50,176 bases of DNA from Chthoniobacteraceae bacterium (GCA_031409335.1 JANNWY010000031.1:1-50176); one strand, 5' to 3'. Positions 17,501-28,700 are shown, counted from the stretch's first letter. Notes: generated by a model not told the origin, from the letters alone. Numbers and translations: made by a program.

Positions 17501-20036
17501 GGCCGGGCGTCGCCGCCGCGTCCGCATACACCGTGAGGTAGCTGCCCGCGCCGATGATCGTGCCCGCGGGGAAAACGTAGCGCGCTTTCACCGTCGGATC
17601 GTCGGTGAGACTTTTGCCCGCGAGGTTCACGGCGAGGCCGCTGTTGTTGAAAATCTCGATCGCGTCCGGGAAGGTCCCCGCGTGGTTCAGCGCGGCGACA
17701 TTTTGCGCGAGGATTTCGTGAATCATCAACGTGCCCGGCGCGGACGTGAGCGTGCCGCTCGAAGTCGCGGCGGGCGGCGTGATCGCACCGCTCCCGATCA
17801 GCCCGAGCAAATGCGCCTGCCGCGCGGTCGCGAAATTTTTGATCGCCGTAATCGTCGCCTCCGGAGCCCAGCCGGTGAGATGATTGTCCACGAATTGATA
17901 GAACGGCGGGTTCGCGGAAACGCCCGTGTCCGCGTTGAAAACGGAGCCGTAAAGTTCGCGGATCGCGTCGAGATACATCGTCCGAAAAGTCGCGTTCCCC
18001 GCCACGGCGGTCGTGCCGACCAGCGGCAGCAGCGTGCGGAAGCCATACGCGCTCTGGCCGTCCTCGGTCATGTTAAAAAGGCCCGTGTAAGTCGCCGCCT
18101 GCTGGTTGTCGCCGAGGCCGAAAATCGTGTCGAGATCGTGCGGCAGAAGCTGCATTTTACGATGCCCCGAGCCATCCGCCGGCGGGATGTAGATCGAGTA
18201 GTCGTCATCCACGCCGTTCGCGATTTTCGTCTCGAGATCCTGCACGATCGTCATCGCCGCAAAGTGCCGCGCCCACTGCTGGAGATCGCTCACATTTTCC
18301 ACCGCCGCGTATTCCGCCGCGCTCAGCACCGTGCCATTCCAGACGCCCGTGCCCGACTGCCGCGTGAAGTTACTCCCCGCCACATCGCCCGCCGGCGAGC
18401 CGGGAAAATGCGCCACCGCGGCGGTCTGCCACGTCGTGAAAAAATTCGTCAGCGCCGTCCAATCATTCTCCGCGGCGTTGTTCTGCTTCGTCCAGCCGAG
18501 GACTTCCATGTCCGGATTCCCCGGCCCGGCGAAATTGCCCGACCAGTACCAATTGTCCCCGCCGCCGTTATCGATCTTTTTGTAAATATCCCCGCCCTTG
18601 TTCGCCGCCGTCGGGTAGTGATTGCCCGCATAGTCGCCGCCGATCTGCTCCGCGCGCACCCATTTTCCATAGTCCGGTGTGCCGCCCGTCGAGGTCGTGG
18701 ATTCCACGCCATTCCGCCGCAGTTCGATCGGGATCGAATCATCCGCCGCGAGGCCCGCCGCTTGGAAAAGACGCATCCCGAGGAACTGCAAAAACGACGC
18801 TCGCGGATTCAGCGGAAAGTCGCTGATGCCATCCCAGCGATCCTCGTTTGGCAACGAAATGCGCAGCGGGCGGAATTGGTAAGTGCGGCTGCTGTTGCCG
18901 CGGATGCGCATCGAGCTGCGATAGCGGATCGTGGACTCCGAGCCGCGCGTCGAGACGAAGGTCATGTTGAACTGCCGGTCGCTCTGCGAGTTCACGCCGT
19001 TGAAAGCCGCATTTTCCGCCGCCGTCAGCACCAGCCAGTAATACGAATCGGTCGCCGTCCGCGCCTCGTTCGAGACGATGAACTGGCAGTTTGCATTCTG
19101 CCCTTCGCCGGTCGGCGCGGGCCACGTCCGCGTCAGCGCGCCGTCGTTCACCGAGACGTAGAATTCGACGATCACGAGATTATTCACGCGCGGCGCGAGC
19201 ACCGTGGAAAATTTTCCCGTCCCATCGCCCGCCATCGCCTGGGTTTGGAAAAGGCCCGGTGTCGTGGTCGTCGCCTCGCGGTAGTAAAGTGTCGCCGTCA
19301 GTCCGGCGGGCGCGGTTTCATCCGTCACGTCGCACGAGATCGTCACGTCCTGCGCCGCCGTCGGCACCGCGGGCGAATGTTTCACGTCGTGAATGATCGG
19401 CGGCACATTCGCCGACAGCGCCGTGTTCACCGCACCCGGCGTGCCGCCCGCCGCCGCCGTCGAGGCCAGCCAGTTTTGCCCGTTGTCATTGCTGATCGCC
19501 GCGTTGCGTACTTCCAGCGATTTCCCGCCGCTGTCCGCCGCCGACAACCACGCCCAGCCGTTGAAAGTCGTCTCGCGCACGCGCACCGACCAATCGCCCT
19601 CGCTCGCATAAGTCACCGCATCCACCTGCACGAAAGTCCCCGCCGTCACGCCCGGTTTCGAGAGCGCGATTTTTTCCCCGCTATTCGAAAGCGTCGAACC
19701 CGCCGCCCACGGCCCAAAAACGCCGCCGATTCCGTAAGCCGTCTGAACCGCCGACGGACTGCTCGCGACGACCACGAACCCGCCCGCCGCGATCACCGTG
19801 CTCGCGGGAAAAGTGAACGCCGTCCCGCTCGTCAGCGCCCATCCGCTGATGTCCACGGGCGCCGCGGTGGGATTGTGCAGCTCGATGAATTCGAGCGCCG
19901 TATCTTCCGGAAACGTCGTCCCCGGACGGTACATAATCTCATTCACGACGACCTGCGCGCGCGCCGGCGTCAGCCCGGCAGCGAGTGTGAAGAGGGCAAA
20001 TATGAAGGAAAGGAAACGGAGGGATTTGGGGATCAT
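14595..20036 (-). CDS. Secreted lamin-tail-domain / CotH kinase / putative-Ig surface protein (~1813 aa)
   Basis: Signal peptide MIPKS...ARA; repeated (V/I)NE(I/W)...FIELHN lamin-tail motifs; CotH motifs RIRGNSSR and HDLDTIFG; two FSYQITAT...GLPAG...GLISG He_PIG repeats; C-terminal DGDG..N..EW.AGT.P module. Confidence 0.85.
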   Translation of the reverse strand: MIPKSLRFLSFIFALFTLAAGLTPARAQVVVNEIMYRPGTTFPEDTALEFIELHNPTAAPVDISGWALTSGTAFTFPASTVIAAGGFVVVASSPSAVQTAYGIGGVFGPWAAGSTLSNSGEKIALSKPGVTAGTFVQVDAVTYASEGDWSVRVRETTFNGWAWLSAADSGGKSLEVRNAAISNDNGQNWLASTAAAGGTPGAVNTALSANVPPIIHDVKHSPAVPTAAQDVTISCDVTDETAPAGLTATLYYREATTTTPGLFQTQAMAGDGTGKFSTVLAPRVNNLVIVEFYVSVNDGALTRTWPAPTGEGQNANCQFIVSNEARTATDSYYWLVLTAAENAAFNGVNSQSDRQFNMTFVSTRGSESTIRYRSSMRIRGNSSRTYQFRPLRISLPNEDRWDGISDFPLNPRASFLQFLGMRLFQAAGLAADDSIPIELRRNGVESTTSTGGTPDYGKWVRAEQIGGDYAGNHYPTAANKGGDIYKKIDNGGGDNWYWSGNFAGPGNPDMEVLGWTKQNNAAENDWTALTNFFTTWQTAAVAHFPGSPAGDVAGSNFTRQSGTGVWNGTVLSAAEYAAVENVSDLQQWARHFAAMTIVQDLETKIANGVDDDYSIYIPPADGSGHRKMQLLPHDLDTIFGLGDNQQAATYTGLFNMTEDGQSAYGFRTLLPLVGTTAVAGNATFRTMYLDAIRELYGSVFNADTGVSANPPFYQFVDNHLTGWAPEATITAIKNFATARQAHLLGLIGSGAITPPAATSSGTLTSAPGTLMIHEILAQNVAALNHAGTFPDAIEIFNNSGLAVNLAGKSLTDDPTVKARYVFPAGTIIGAGSYLTVYADAAATPGLHTGFGLDSEGDALYLYDTVASGQALLDSVVFGPQAADYSIGRTGGTRDLWQLCTPTISAANSAVVTFAEPGGVTINEWSANNDYLLDEDFVELYNPAAQPVAIGQMALTDDFINYPAGHVLPPLSFIGPAGFVRFIAKGSSADPASAGQLPFSIDQDFGWLALIGLNGTIVDREDIVAQTFNTSVGRTPDGAATLAVFGLPVNVPTPGAANVNPPASVLALLNNLRISEILYTPGNLEYIELHNIGTSPLELAGVRFTRGVTYTFPATTTLAAGAYLVVCRDRTAFQNQFGLGVPLAPGVFTGSLDNAGEVIAFQPPAPWDVNLLKFAYSPTWFVPQTNNGYALSVIDDGATAARDWGDKSTWTPSLNLYGTPGAGPPPTVTSASLASGVIGDPFSYQITATQTPTRYGATGLPAGVSVNTVNGLISGAPTESGVFNLVVSATNIGGTGTKNVTLTVAASGPIASFTWSTIGGTQLSGVPFAATLTAKDFAARTVTSFNGNSTVIAQGTGTTAAIVLITECGTNSPDYFEIQNVGNVAANTAGWFIIPNDATGMGTGGLNSIHPAWPLPATIAPGQVIVVNEATPGVYAPSINWSGFTFGGGNRNGWCMLCDGTGAVRDFVGWGYTAANITAINIPSVTVGSTTYTNIRVLAAQWSGNGATAINFQGIKTRGGTTDLNTAVDWTEGASDANKGIQNTGLTVPFIPPPPTYTVTPSSVTLTSGVWSGNLSITSVVNTIHLVANDGAGHTGNSNNFNVAAAPPPVITSPNTARAVVGGAFSYQITATNLPTSYNASGLPAGLTVSTSTGLISGTPSAAGVAIVSLSATNSGGPGGRTLSLDVQTDLDGHGMGDAWETANGLSVGTNDAGGDLDGDGLRNLAEWIAGTVPNDPASGFIITNVQVSGSDVVLTWKTVVGKRYRVHSRPDLVAGSWSQITPAPIVATGATATFTHTGGASGAQRNYRVSTEP

Positions 20037-20117
20037 CGGGAAACTGCGAGAAACAGGCAAAAGATGTCGCACATAGTGTTCCAGCAGAATAGCTCCGCGT
20101 CCCGGCGATTCTATGGA

Positions 20118-20159
20118 CAAAAGAAAGCGATGCGGGGCAGCCCCTCGGCTGCCCCGCAT
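20118..20159 (-). terminator. Intrinsic terminator of the 20194-20886 gene
   Basis: 13-bp perfect stem atgcggggcagcc/ggctgccccgcat with a 4-nt loop, followed on the minus strand by cgctttcttttg. Confidence 0.7.
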
Positions 20160-20193
20160 TGCGGATCGTGTGGTTGCTAAATGCGAAGCCCGG

Positions 20194-20886
20194 CTACTGC
20201 CCTTCGTCCCAAGCCGGACGCGGCGGACCCGCGCGATGGGAGCCCTGCGATCGTGGCCCGTGAAAATCCTGCGACGGCGAACCGAAGCCAGGGCGCGGGC
20301 CATCAAAGCCCCGGCGCGAACCCGGCGCGGAACTCTGATTGTCCCGGTTGCTAGGAGTGAATTCAGGACGCGGGCCACCCTGCGGCGGACGCTGTTCCAT
20401 CCGATCCCATCCGGGAGCGGCACCGCGATCGGACTGCCGACCTTGGGGTGGTGGCGGCATCGGCGCGCGCATTTCATTGCCGCCACGGCAGAAATCCTGA
20501 TCGTTCCCACGACGGGGCGCGGAGCCTTGTTTGTCGTTCATCTGGCGATGATGACGGCGCATTCCGAAATCGCGCTGGCCAGAGCGCGAATCTCCGCGAC
20601 CGGCGGCGAAACGATCGTCCGGGCGCTGCATCCGCAGCGGGCGCATGTCGCCGTCCCTCCTCCGCTCCCGCTGATCGAAACGCGGTCCTTGTTCGCCGCG
20701 ACGCTGGTCAGCCCGCGGGCCTTCGCGCATTTGCGGACGCGCTTCCTGATCGCGCGGCGCTTCGCGGCGCTGGGTCTCCGGGCGACGCGGACCGTCCTCG
20801 CGCGGCGGTGGATTCTCCTGTGCGCAAAGTGGCCAGGCGGAAAGCGCGAATGAAGCGGCGAGGATGAGCATTGGTGTTGGTTTCAT
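20194..20886 (-). CDS. Secreted low-complexity R/G/P/Q/D-rich disordered protein
   Basis: Signal peptide MKPTPMLILAASFALSAWPLCA, then a GPR/RRD-rich tail; terminator downstream. Confidence 0.7.
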   Translation of the reverse strand: MKPTPMLILAASFALSAWPLCAQENPPPREDGPRRPETQRREAPRDQEARPQMREGPRADQRRGEQGPRFDQRERRRDGDMRPLRMQRPDDRFAAGRGDSRSGQRDFGMRRHHRQMNDKQGSAPRRGNDQDFCRGGNEMRAPMPPPPQGRQSDRGAAPGWDRMEQRPPQGGPRPEFTPSNRDNQSSAPGSRRGFDGPRPGFGSPSQDFHGPRSQGSHRAGPPRPAWDEGQ

Positions 20887-20979
20887 GGAGTGTGTGGATT
20901 CACCGGAGAAACGCCGCCTCGGTGCGGTTTTGTGTGGGAAGAATTTGTCAAAGCGGGCGGGCGCAGTTGAGATGCGCCG

Positions 20980-21717
20980 ATGTCCGATCCTCTCGAAGCC
21001 TACGAAATCGAGCGCGCCGATTTTGGGCGCGTGATCGCTGGCATCCGAAAAATTCAAGCGGCACCGCGCGAGGAATTGCAGTCGCTCGAATGGCTCCTGG
21101 AAACGATCCGCGAAGTCGGGCTCGTGCCGATTCCCGATGCGGAAATCACTTACGAAGGCGAAGGCGACCGCCTGAATTCCTCCCAGCAAGGGCTCATCCA
21201 ATTGCCGCGCGAATTTGCGCGCTGGCTGCTGCTCCTCGCCGCGCACCGGCCCGCGACTTATCTGGAAATCGGCACATTCAACGGAGCGACCGCGTCCATC
21301 GCCGCGGCATATTTGCAGCGCTTCAATCCCGCGTTTGCCGCGACGACGATCGATCTCTGGCCGGCGTTCGTTTTTCACCATGAAGTGCGGCACCTGATCC
21401 CGCTCCGCTACGTCGTCGGGAAGACTTCGTTCGACTTTGCGGCGGACCGCTTCGACGCCGTGTTCATCGACGGCGATCACAGTTTCGAGTGGGCGTGGGC
21501 GGACTATCAAAACGTCGGTCGCGCCGCGAAAATCTGCGGCCTGCACGACGTGAACAACGCGCCGTATCGCGATCTCACGATGGGCGGCGTGTGCGGCGTT
21601 TGGGAATTGATGAAGCGCGAAGAAGCGGGAGCGGGCATCGCGTTCACCGAAATCTTCGAGCATCCATCGCGCGCGATCATGGGCATCGGCGTGCGCCACA
21701 TCGTCCAGCCGGGCTGA
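20980..21717 (+). CDS. Class I SAM-dependent methyltransferase (Methyltransf_24-like)
   Basis: YLEIGTFNG, IDL, FDAVFIDGDHSFE, LHDV. Confidence 0.85.
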   Translation: MSDPLEAYEIERADFGRVIAGIRKIQAAPREELQSLEWLLETIREVGLVPIPDAEITYEGEGDRLNSSQQGLIQLPREFARWLLLLAAHRPATYLEIGTFNGATASIAAAYLQRFNPAFAATTIDLWPAFVFHHEVRHLIPLRYVVGKTSFDFAADRFDAVFIDGDHSFEWAWADYQNVGRAAKICGLHDVNNAPYRDLTMGGVCGVWELMKREEAGAGIAFTEIFEHPSRAIMGIGVRHIVQPG

Positions 21718-21828
21718 CAAGTTGGCGCGCGGTTCGCGCCATCGCGTCGCGCGCAATCTCGGGCGCTCTCTGAACAAATTTGGGGAAGGCTTTTTGCTAA
21801 GCGAACACGATACTCTTCACACACCACC

Positions 21829-24420
21829 ATGAGACCCGACCGCTTCACCCAAAAAATGCAGGAGGCATTGCAAGCCGCGCAGGATTCCGCCTCGAAATCG
21901 AATCATGCCGAAATCTCGAACGAGCACATGCTGCTCGCGCTGCTCGAACAATCCGAGGGCGTGACGCGTCCGCTGCTCGACAAACTCGGAGTCGCGACTG
22001 CGCCGATCGTCGAGAAGCTGCGCGCCGAACTTTCGCGCCGCGCGCAAGCTCACGGCGGAAATGTGCAGCTCGCGCGGGAACTCGCCAACGTTATCGAAGC
22101 GGCGGAAGGCGAGATGGCGGTGATGAAGGATCAGTATCTCAGCGCGGAGCATTTTCTCCTCGCGCTGTTGCGGACGAAAGGTACTGCGTCCCACGCGTTG
22201 CAAGCGGGCGGCGTGAATCGCGAGAAGCTGATGCAAGCGCTCCAGCAGGTGCGCGGCTCGCAGCGCGTGACGGATCAGAATCCCGAGGGGAAATATCAGA
22301 CGCTGGAAAAATACGGGCGCGATCTGACGGCGATGGCGGCAAAGGGAAAGATTGATCCGGTGATCGGGCGCGATAACGAAATCCGACGCACGATGCAGGT
22401 GCTTTCACGGCGGACGAAAAATAATCCAGTGCTCATCGGCGAGCCCGGTGTGGGCAAGACGGCGATCGTCGAGGGACTCGCGCGGCGGATCGTTTCTGGC
22501 GACGTGCCGGAGTCTTTGAAAAACAAAAAGATCATCGCGATGGACATCGGCTCGATGATCGCGGGCGCGAAATTTCGCGGGGAATTTGAGGATCGGCTGA
22601 AGGCGTTTTTGAAAGAAGTCACCGACTCGCAGGGCGAGATCATCCTCTTCATCGACGAGCTGCACACGATCGTCGGCGCGGGCGCGAGCGAGGGCGCGGT
22701 GGATGCGAGCAATATGCTGAAGCCTCAGCTCGCGCGCGGCGAGCTGCGCACGATCGGCGCAACGACGCTCGATGAGTATCGCAAATACATCGAGAAGGAC
22801 GCCGCGCTCGAGCGGCGCTTCCAGCCGGTGCAAGTCGATGAGCCCAGCGTCGAGGATACCGTGGCGATCCTGCGCGGGCTGAAGGAGCGCTACGAAGTCC
22901 ACCACGGCGTGCGCATCCAGGACGCCGCGCTCGTCGCCGCCGCGGTGCTTTCCCATCGCTACATCAGCGACCGTTTTCTGCCGGACAAAGCGGTCGATCT
23001 CGTGGATGAGGCGGCGTCGCGTTTGAAGATCGAACTCGAATCCATGCCGACCGAAATCGACGTGATCGAACGCGAGACGATGCAGCGCGAGATGGAGCGG
23101 CAGGCTTTGAAAAAAGAGAAGGACGCGGCGAGCAAGGAGCGCCTGGCGAAGCTCGAAAAGGAACTGGCGGACCTCCGCGAGAAGCGCGACCAGCTCAAGG
23201 CGCAGTGGCAAAGTGAGAAGGGTGAAATCGACAAATCGCGCAAGCTCAACGAGCAGCTCGAACAGCTCAAACTCGAACTCGAATTGGCGAAGAGCCGCGG
23301 CGAACTCGGCAAGGCGAGCGAGATTCAGTATGGACGATTGCCGGAGATCCAAGAGCAGATCGACACGCACAGCAAGAAGGCGGCGGCGGGCAGCGGGCGG
23401 CAGATGTTGAAGGAGGAAGTCACCGACGAAGACATCGCGGAAGTCGTCAGCGCGTGGACGGGAATTCCAGTCACGAATCTGCGCGAAGGCGAGCGCGAGA
23501 AGCTCATCAAAATGGAAGAGCGGCTCGCCGCGCGTGTGATCGGGCAGAAGCCCGCGATCACCGCCGTCGCAAACGCCGTGCGCCGGGCCCGCGCGGGTTT
23601 GCAGGATGAAGCGCGGCCGATCGGCTCGTTCATTTTCCTCGGCCCGACTGGCGTCGGAAAGACGGAGCTTTCCCGCGCGCTCGCCGAGTTTCTCTTCGAC
23701 AACGAAGGCGCGATGATCCGCATCGACATGAGCGAATACATGGAAAAGCACAGCGTCGCGCGGCTGATCGGCGCGCCGCCGGGCTACGTCGGTTTCGAGG
23801 AAGGCGGCCAGCTCTCCGAAGCCGTGCGCCGCAAGCCGTATTCCGTCGTGCTTTTCGACGAAATCGAAAAAGCGCATCCCGATGTTTTTAACGTCCTGCT
23901 GCAAGTCCTCGACGACGGCCGAATCACCGACGGCCAGGGCCGCACGGTCGATTTCAAAAACACGGTGCTCATCATGACCTCGAACATCGGCTCGCAACAC
24001 ATCCTCGACGCCGCCGACAACCCAGAGCAGCGCGAGGCCCGCGTGATGGACGCCCTGCGCGCGCACTTCCGCCCCGAGTTCCTGAACCGCGTGGACGAAA
24101 CGATCATCTTCGACCGCCTCAGCGACGACGACCTCACGCACATCGTCTCGATCCAGGTCGCGCGGCTGGTGAAGCGTCTCGCCGCGCAAAAGATCACGCT
24201 CGAACTCACCGACGCCGCCGAAATCCACCTCGGCCGCGAAGGCTACGATCCCGTGTATGGCGCGCGTCCGCTGAAACGCGCGATCCAGCGCGCCCTGCTC
24301 GACCCGCTTTCACTCGAAATCCTCGCGGGCAATTTCCGCGAAGGCGACCGCATCACCGCCGATGCCGTGGACGGAAAGATTGCCTTCACGAAAAAGCGTG
24401 GAGCCGAGAGTCAGCGTTAG
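21829..24420 (+). CDS. clpB: Chaperone ClpB
   Basis: Two AAA modules ([16 protein letters not shown]), coiled-coil middle domain, [32 protein letters not shown]. Confidence 0.97.
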   Translation: MRPDRFTQKMQEALQAAQDSASKSNHAEISNEHMLLALLEQSEGVTRPLLDKLGVATAPIVEKLRAELSRRAQAHGGNVQLARELANVIEAAEGEMAVMKDQYLSAEHFLLALLRTKGTASHALQAGGVNREKLMQALQQVRGSQRVTDQNPEGKYQTLEKYGRDLTAMAAKGKIDPVIGRDNEIRRTMQVLSRRTKNNPVLIGEPGVGKTAIVEGLARRIVSGDVPESLKNKKIIAMDIGSMIAGAKFRGEFEDRLKAFLKEVTDSQGEIILFIDELHTIVGAGASEGAVDASNMLKPQLARGELRTIGATTLDEYRKYIEKDAALERRFQPVQVDEPSVEDTVAILRGLKERYEVHHGVRIQDAALVAAAVLSHRYISDRFLPDKAVDLVDEAASRLKIELESMPTEIDVIERETMQREMERQALKKEKDAASKERLAKLEKELADLREKRDQLKAQWQSEKGEIDKSRKLNEQLEQLKLELELAKSRGELGKASEIQYGRLPEIQEQIDTHSKKAAAGSGRQMLKEEVTDEDIAEVVSAWTGIPVTNLREGEREKLIKMEERLAARVIGQKPAITAVANAVRRARAGLQDEARPIGSFIFLGPTGVGKTELSRALAEFLFDNEGAMIRIDMSEYMEKHSVARLIGAPPGYVGFEEGGQLSEAVRRKPYSVVLFDEIEKAHPDVFNVLLQVLDDGRITDGQGRTVDFKNTVLIMTSNIGSQHILDAADNPEQREARVMDALRAHFRPEFLNRVDETIIFDRLSDDDLTHIVSIQVARLVKRLAAQKITLELTDAAEIHLGREGYDPVYGARPLKRAIQRALLDPLSLEILAGNFREGDRITADAVDGKIAFTKKRGAESQR

Positions 24421-24516
24421 CCCGCCGCTGTGGCGAGGACTTGCTCGATGGCGGCGCTGGTGCTGTGCGAGCCCGCGCGGAGGCAGCGCCGGCAGACCGT
24501 CCGCGTCTGAGCGCGG

Positions 24517-24948
24517 CTACTTTTTCTGCGCGGCCAGCCATGCCGGCCAGCCGCCTTTCAAAACGAACACCGGCCCGACCCCGAACTCGCGCAGCCGCTT
24601 CGCGACATCCTCGCTCGCTTCGCACGCCTGCGAATCGCAATAGACAATCGCGGGCCTGCCCGTGGGCCAGGCTTGGAGCACGGCGGGCAGCAGGTCGGCC
24701 CACGCATCCTCGTTCAGCGGCAGCGCGCCGGGCACATGCTGGCTCGCGAAGTACCCGGCAGTGCGCGCGTCGATCCACAGACAATCCGACCAATTGCGCA
24801 TCGCGTCGGCGACGGTGATTTCGCCTTCGCGGATTCGATCGGTGAAATTGGAACGCTTCGGATGCAGCAGCCCAGTGGCGACCGCGGGTACGATTGCCAG
24901 AGCGGCCAGGATCGCGAACTGGCGCAACGCGGCGCGAATCCGGGTCAC
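24517..24948 (-). CDS. Membrane-anchored rhodanese-like protein
   Basis: N-terminal TM segment, WIDAR, HVPGA, IVYCDSQAC, LKGGW. GTGA overlap with the DUF1573 gene. Confidence 0.85.
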   Translation of the reverse strand: MTRIRAALRQFAILAALAIVPAVATGLLHPKRSNFTDRIREGEITVADAMRNWSDCLWIDARTAGYFASQHVPGALPLNEDAWADLLPAVLQAWPTGRPAIVYCDSQACEASEDVAKRLREFGVGPVFVLKGGWPAWLAAQKK

Positions 24949-25601
24949 TGCGCGGCGGGCTTGATCTGCGCGTAGGCGCGAAGGGTCTGCGTGGTGCCGG
25001 CCGTCTCAGCTTCGATCGTGAGCGTGGCAAAGCCCGCCATCTCCGTGCTCTCCGGCGTCACGTTGATCGTGTAGCTCTCGCCGTCCTTGCCCGTCTCGAC
25101 CGTCGTATGCATCCGCGGATCGGTGGACGTGACTTTCACCGCGCGGATCGGCTGGCCAGGCAGCGCGGCGAGCGTCATCACCTTTGGTTTGCCGGCCTCG
25201 CCTTTTTCCCAAACGACCAGCGCAGGCTGCAGCTTCATCGGTTCGGCGATCGCGACGGCCAGCGTGAGGATCGTCGCGGTCGGCTCGTTCAGGATTTTCA
25301 CCGCGATCGTTTTCGTCTGCAAGCCGCGCCGCTGGCCGATGTCGAAGCGCGCGCGCACCTCGCCCTTCTCGCCCGGCGCGTACACTTTTTTGTCGAGCGC
25401 GGCGGTCGCGCAGCCGCACGAAGACTTGAGCGATTCGATCGTCACGGTCGTGGTCCCCTCGTTCACAAAAGGAAAGCGCGCCTCAATGCTTTTTTCCTTC
25501 GGCCCCGGCGCGAGATCGGCGCGGAGCCGCTCCCACTTCAGCGCGGCCTGCGCGTCTGGATTGAAGAAAAGAAGCGGGAGGAAAATGAGCCGGGCATTCA
25601 T
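24945..25601 (-). CDS. Secreted DUF1573 Ig-like protein
   Basis: Signal peptide; FPFVNEG...I...SSCGC...PGEKGEV motif. Confidence 0.85.
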   Translation of the reverse strand: MNARLIFLPLLFFNPDAQAALKWERLRADLAPGPKEKSIEARFPFVNEGTTTVTIESLKSSCGCATAALDKKVYAPGEKGEVRARFDIGQRRGLQTKTIAVKILNEPTATILTLAVAIAEPMKLQPALVVWEKGEAGKPKVMTLAALPGQPIRAVKVTSTDPRMHTTVETGKDGESYTINVTPESTEMAGFATLTIEAETAGTTQTLRAYAQIKPAAQ

Positions 25602-25731
25602 GGAAAGCGGTGGAGCAAATGCGGGCCGAGCGTAGGAGGCGCTCTCGTGAAAGCAAGGCGCGAAGAAACGGTTGGGACGTTCCGGGAAAACGCTTGCCGC
25701 TTCACTCCGCTCAAAACCATGCTGCGCGCCT

Positions 25732-28700
25732 ATGCGTGAACGAACTTCCCCTCTGCGGCGCTTTTTCAAGGTGCTGTGTCTGGCCGTCTGGATGGCATCG
25801 GGCGTCGCCGCCCGGCTTTCCGCCCAAACGCTGATCGACTCTTTCGACGCAGCGCCGATCACTGGCACGGCCGATCCGGCGAATCCGCCGTGGAATGAAG
25901 GCATCAACGATGTGGACGATGGGAATGCGGAACTCGATGTGCAGCAGGACGCGGCGAATTGGTTCGGGGCCGGAGCCACCAACCGCATCCTCCGCGTGTT
26001 CGACGCGAGCAACACTGCGGCGGTGCAGTTGCGGACGAACACTGCGGGGCTCACTCCCTTCCGCAGCTCCGCGGTCTTCACGCTGTCGTTCGATTTTTAC
26101 GAGCCCGCGGCAGTCTCCGGCGCACCGCTCATTGTCCGGCTCGGCACGGGCGCCGCCGATTCGGCGGCGAATACGCAGTTCGACACTCGCCTCCTCGATG
26201 GGCAGATCGTGGCGGGCGATGGCGCGATCCCGGCGCAGGCGGGTTCCTATACTTTGGATGCGGCTCACAAGCTCTCCTTCGTCGCGAATAACTCGGCGGT
26301 GACGATCCCTTATGGAAACGGGGAGACGCTCGGTTCGCAGAAAGCGGATGTGTGGATCGACGGTGTCCGGGTGTTGGACGATTTCGCGCTGGCTTCACCG
26401 ATCACCGCCGGCACGAAGCTCTCCGCGATCCGCTTTCTCACCCTCGTCGCCGGACCCAGTCAGGAGATTTTTTTGGATAACGTGACGACCTACGACGGGC
26501 CGGTGATCGATGCCGGGATCGGCGAGCGCGTCGATCTGCGGACCTGGCGGCGCGAGGGCGACCTCGCCACTGCCTTGCCGGGGACGTGGACGGTCGCAAC
26601 CGATGGATCAAGCGTTTTCCAGTCGGTGAATGCCTCGCGGCCTACCTATTTCGTGAGCCCGGATCAGTTTGAGAACACGACCATCCGCGGCCGCTTTCAG
26701 ATCGATCCCGGCGCGGGCGACGACGATTTCGTGGGGTTCGTTTTTGGCTATCTCGCACCAGTCGCGGCGAATGGCGATGCGGGCGCGCGGGCCGAATTCC
26801 TCCTGCTGGATTGGAAAAAGCTCGCCCAAGCCGGAGCCGTTCCAGGGTTCCGCCTCGCCAAGGTCAGCGGCACTTTGGCCTCCGCCGACACGAACGAACT
26901 CTGGACTCACACCTCCAGCGCGAATTGCACGATCACACAACTCGGCGCCGCGCCGATCGCGCCATCGTGGGTTGAAGGCGTCACTTACAACTTCGAGCTG
27001 ATCTACTTCTCCGATCGCATCGTCATCAGCCTGCAAGGGGGCGACGGACCTTTTGCGACGAAGCAGCAACTCTTCGATGTGCGCCTCGCCAATCTGCCGC
27101 CGGGCCTGTTTCCACCCGGCGGTTTTCCACCCGGTCGAATCGGCTTCTACAACTACTCCCAGTCCCGCGTCCGCTATTCCAGCTTCAGCCGCGAAGGCGT
27201 GCCCGCGCTCTTCACCGATCCGCTCGGCGGCGGCACGCTGCCTTTTGGAAATGTCCGCGTCGGAACCTCGGCGACGCTGCCGCTGACGATTCGCAACTCG
27301 GGCGGCCAGGGCTCCACGCTGACCGGCTCGGCGTCGCCGGGCAGCGGTGAGTTTTTCGGCCCGTCGCCGGACGCGGCATTCTCGCTCGCGCAATTCGGCA
27401 GCACGGACAAGGGCTATCAATACACGCCGCTGGCGCGCGGTGCTGACAGCTTGCCGGTCACGGTCACCTCGAATGCCGGCAACGCCACGATCACTCTCGC
27501 CGGCACGGGCGTCGGCCCCGTCTTCGCCAGCAATCCCGCCAGCGGAGGCACGCTCGATTTTGGCCGTCTTCCACACATCGGGACGGCGGTGCGCACGGCG
27601 ACCATCACGAACCCGACGCCCGACATTGCCGCCGATCCGAACCTCACGAACTTGACGCTGCTCACCGCCACCATCTCCGGCGCCGATGCGGGATCCTTCC
27701 TCGTCGAAGGCTTCACCGCTGGCTCCGTGATTGCGAAAGGCGGCAATCTCCCCGTGACCGTCCGCCTCAACGCCGTCGGATCGTCCGGCCCAAAAAACGC
27801 GACACTCACGATCGCCACCGACGCGGGCGCGGCGCCCGGCGCTTCCGGGAGCACTTTCTCGTTCCCGCTCACCGGCGCGGTATCACCCCCGCCTCTCATC
27901 AACGGCTTCACTTTCGCTGGTGCGCCGCTCACGGATGGCGCGAGCGTCGCGGGGTCCGGCCTGCTCGCCGTCACGGCCACGGATGAAGACGGCATCGCGC
28001 GCGCGGAGTTCTTTTACCGGCCCGCGGCCAGCGTTTTCACCACCGCACTCGGCACCGACAACACGCCCGCGAATGGCCTTACCGCCGCGTGGATCGTCGA
28101 GAATCTCAGCGACGGCGCCTTCGATCTAATCGCGCGGGTCTATGACACCGTCGGCGGATTTTCCGAAATCACGAGGCGCGTAAATCTCTCGCTCGCGGTC
28201 CCCGCCGCGCCGGTCATCCTTTCGCCGCCCGATGGCGCGATCGTGCAGCCCGCAACCGTGCAGGTGACGGGCACCGCGCCCGCGTTTCCGGCGCTGCGGA
28301 TTTATCGGAATGGCGAGCGCGTGTTCACCGGAGCGGCGCAAAGCAACGGGACGTTTGCGGTGCCCGTGCCACTGGTCGATGGGCAAAACCTGATCTACGC
28401 CGAGTCCGCCAATCTCGCGGGAGCGAGCGCGCCGTCGAATCCGGTGCTGGTCACGCGCATGGCCGTGCTGCCGGTGCTTTCCGTGGCCTTCGCGTCGCCG
28501 ACAGTCGTGGAAGGCGCGAGCCGAAATGGGACGGTGGGCATCAGCAGCGCGCTCGCTTTGCCGCTCACGATTTCGCTCACGAGTTCACGCGCGACGCGGT
28601 TGAGCGTTCCCGAGTCCGTCACGATTCCCGCGGGGCAGACCTCCGTCGGTTTCACCGCGCAGGCTTTGCAAAATCAATCCGTCGAACTGCCCGTGAGCGT

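Noticed and set aside
20077..20091. TGTTC-cagca-GAATA as a second SOS box
   Set aside because: The spacer is 5 rather than 4, there is a mismatch, and the downstream gene is not a repair gene.
20037..20510. N-terminal extension of the 1971-aa ORF, and the 527-aa version of 20194-21777
   Set aside because: The extensions overlap other genes and a terminator; signal peptides place the starts at 20036 and 20886.
21770..21828. CIRCE or sigma54 element upstream of clpB
   Set aside because: Only a TGCTAA half-site is present, and the GG-N10-GC match lacks the TGGCAC context.
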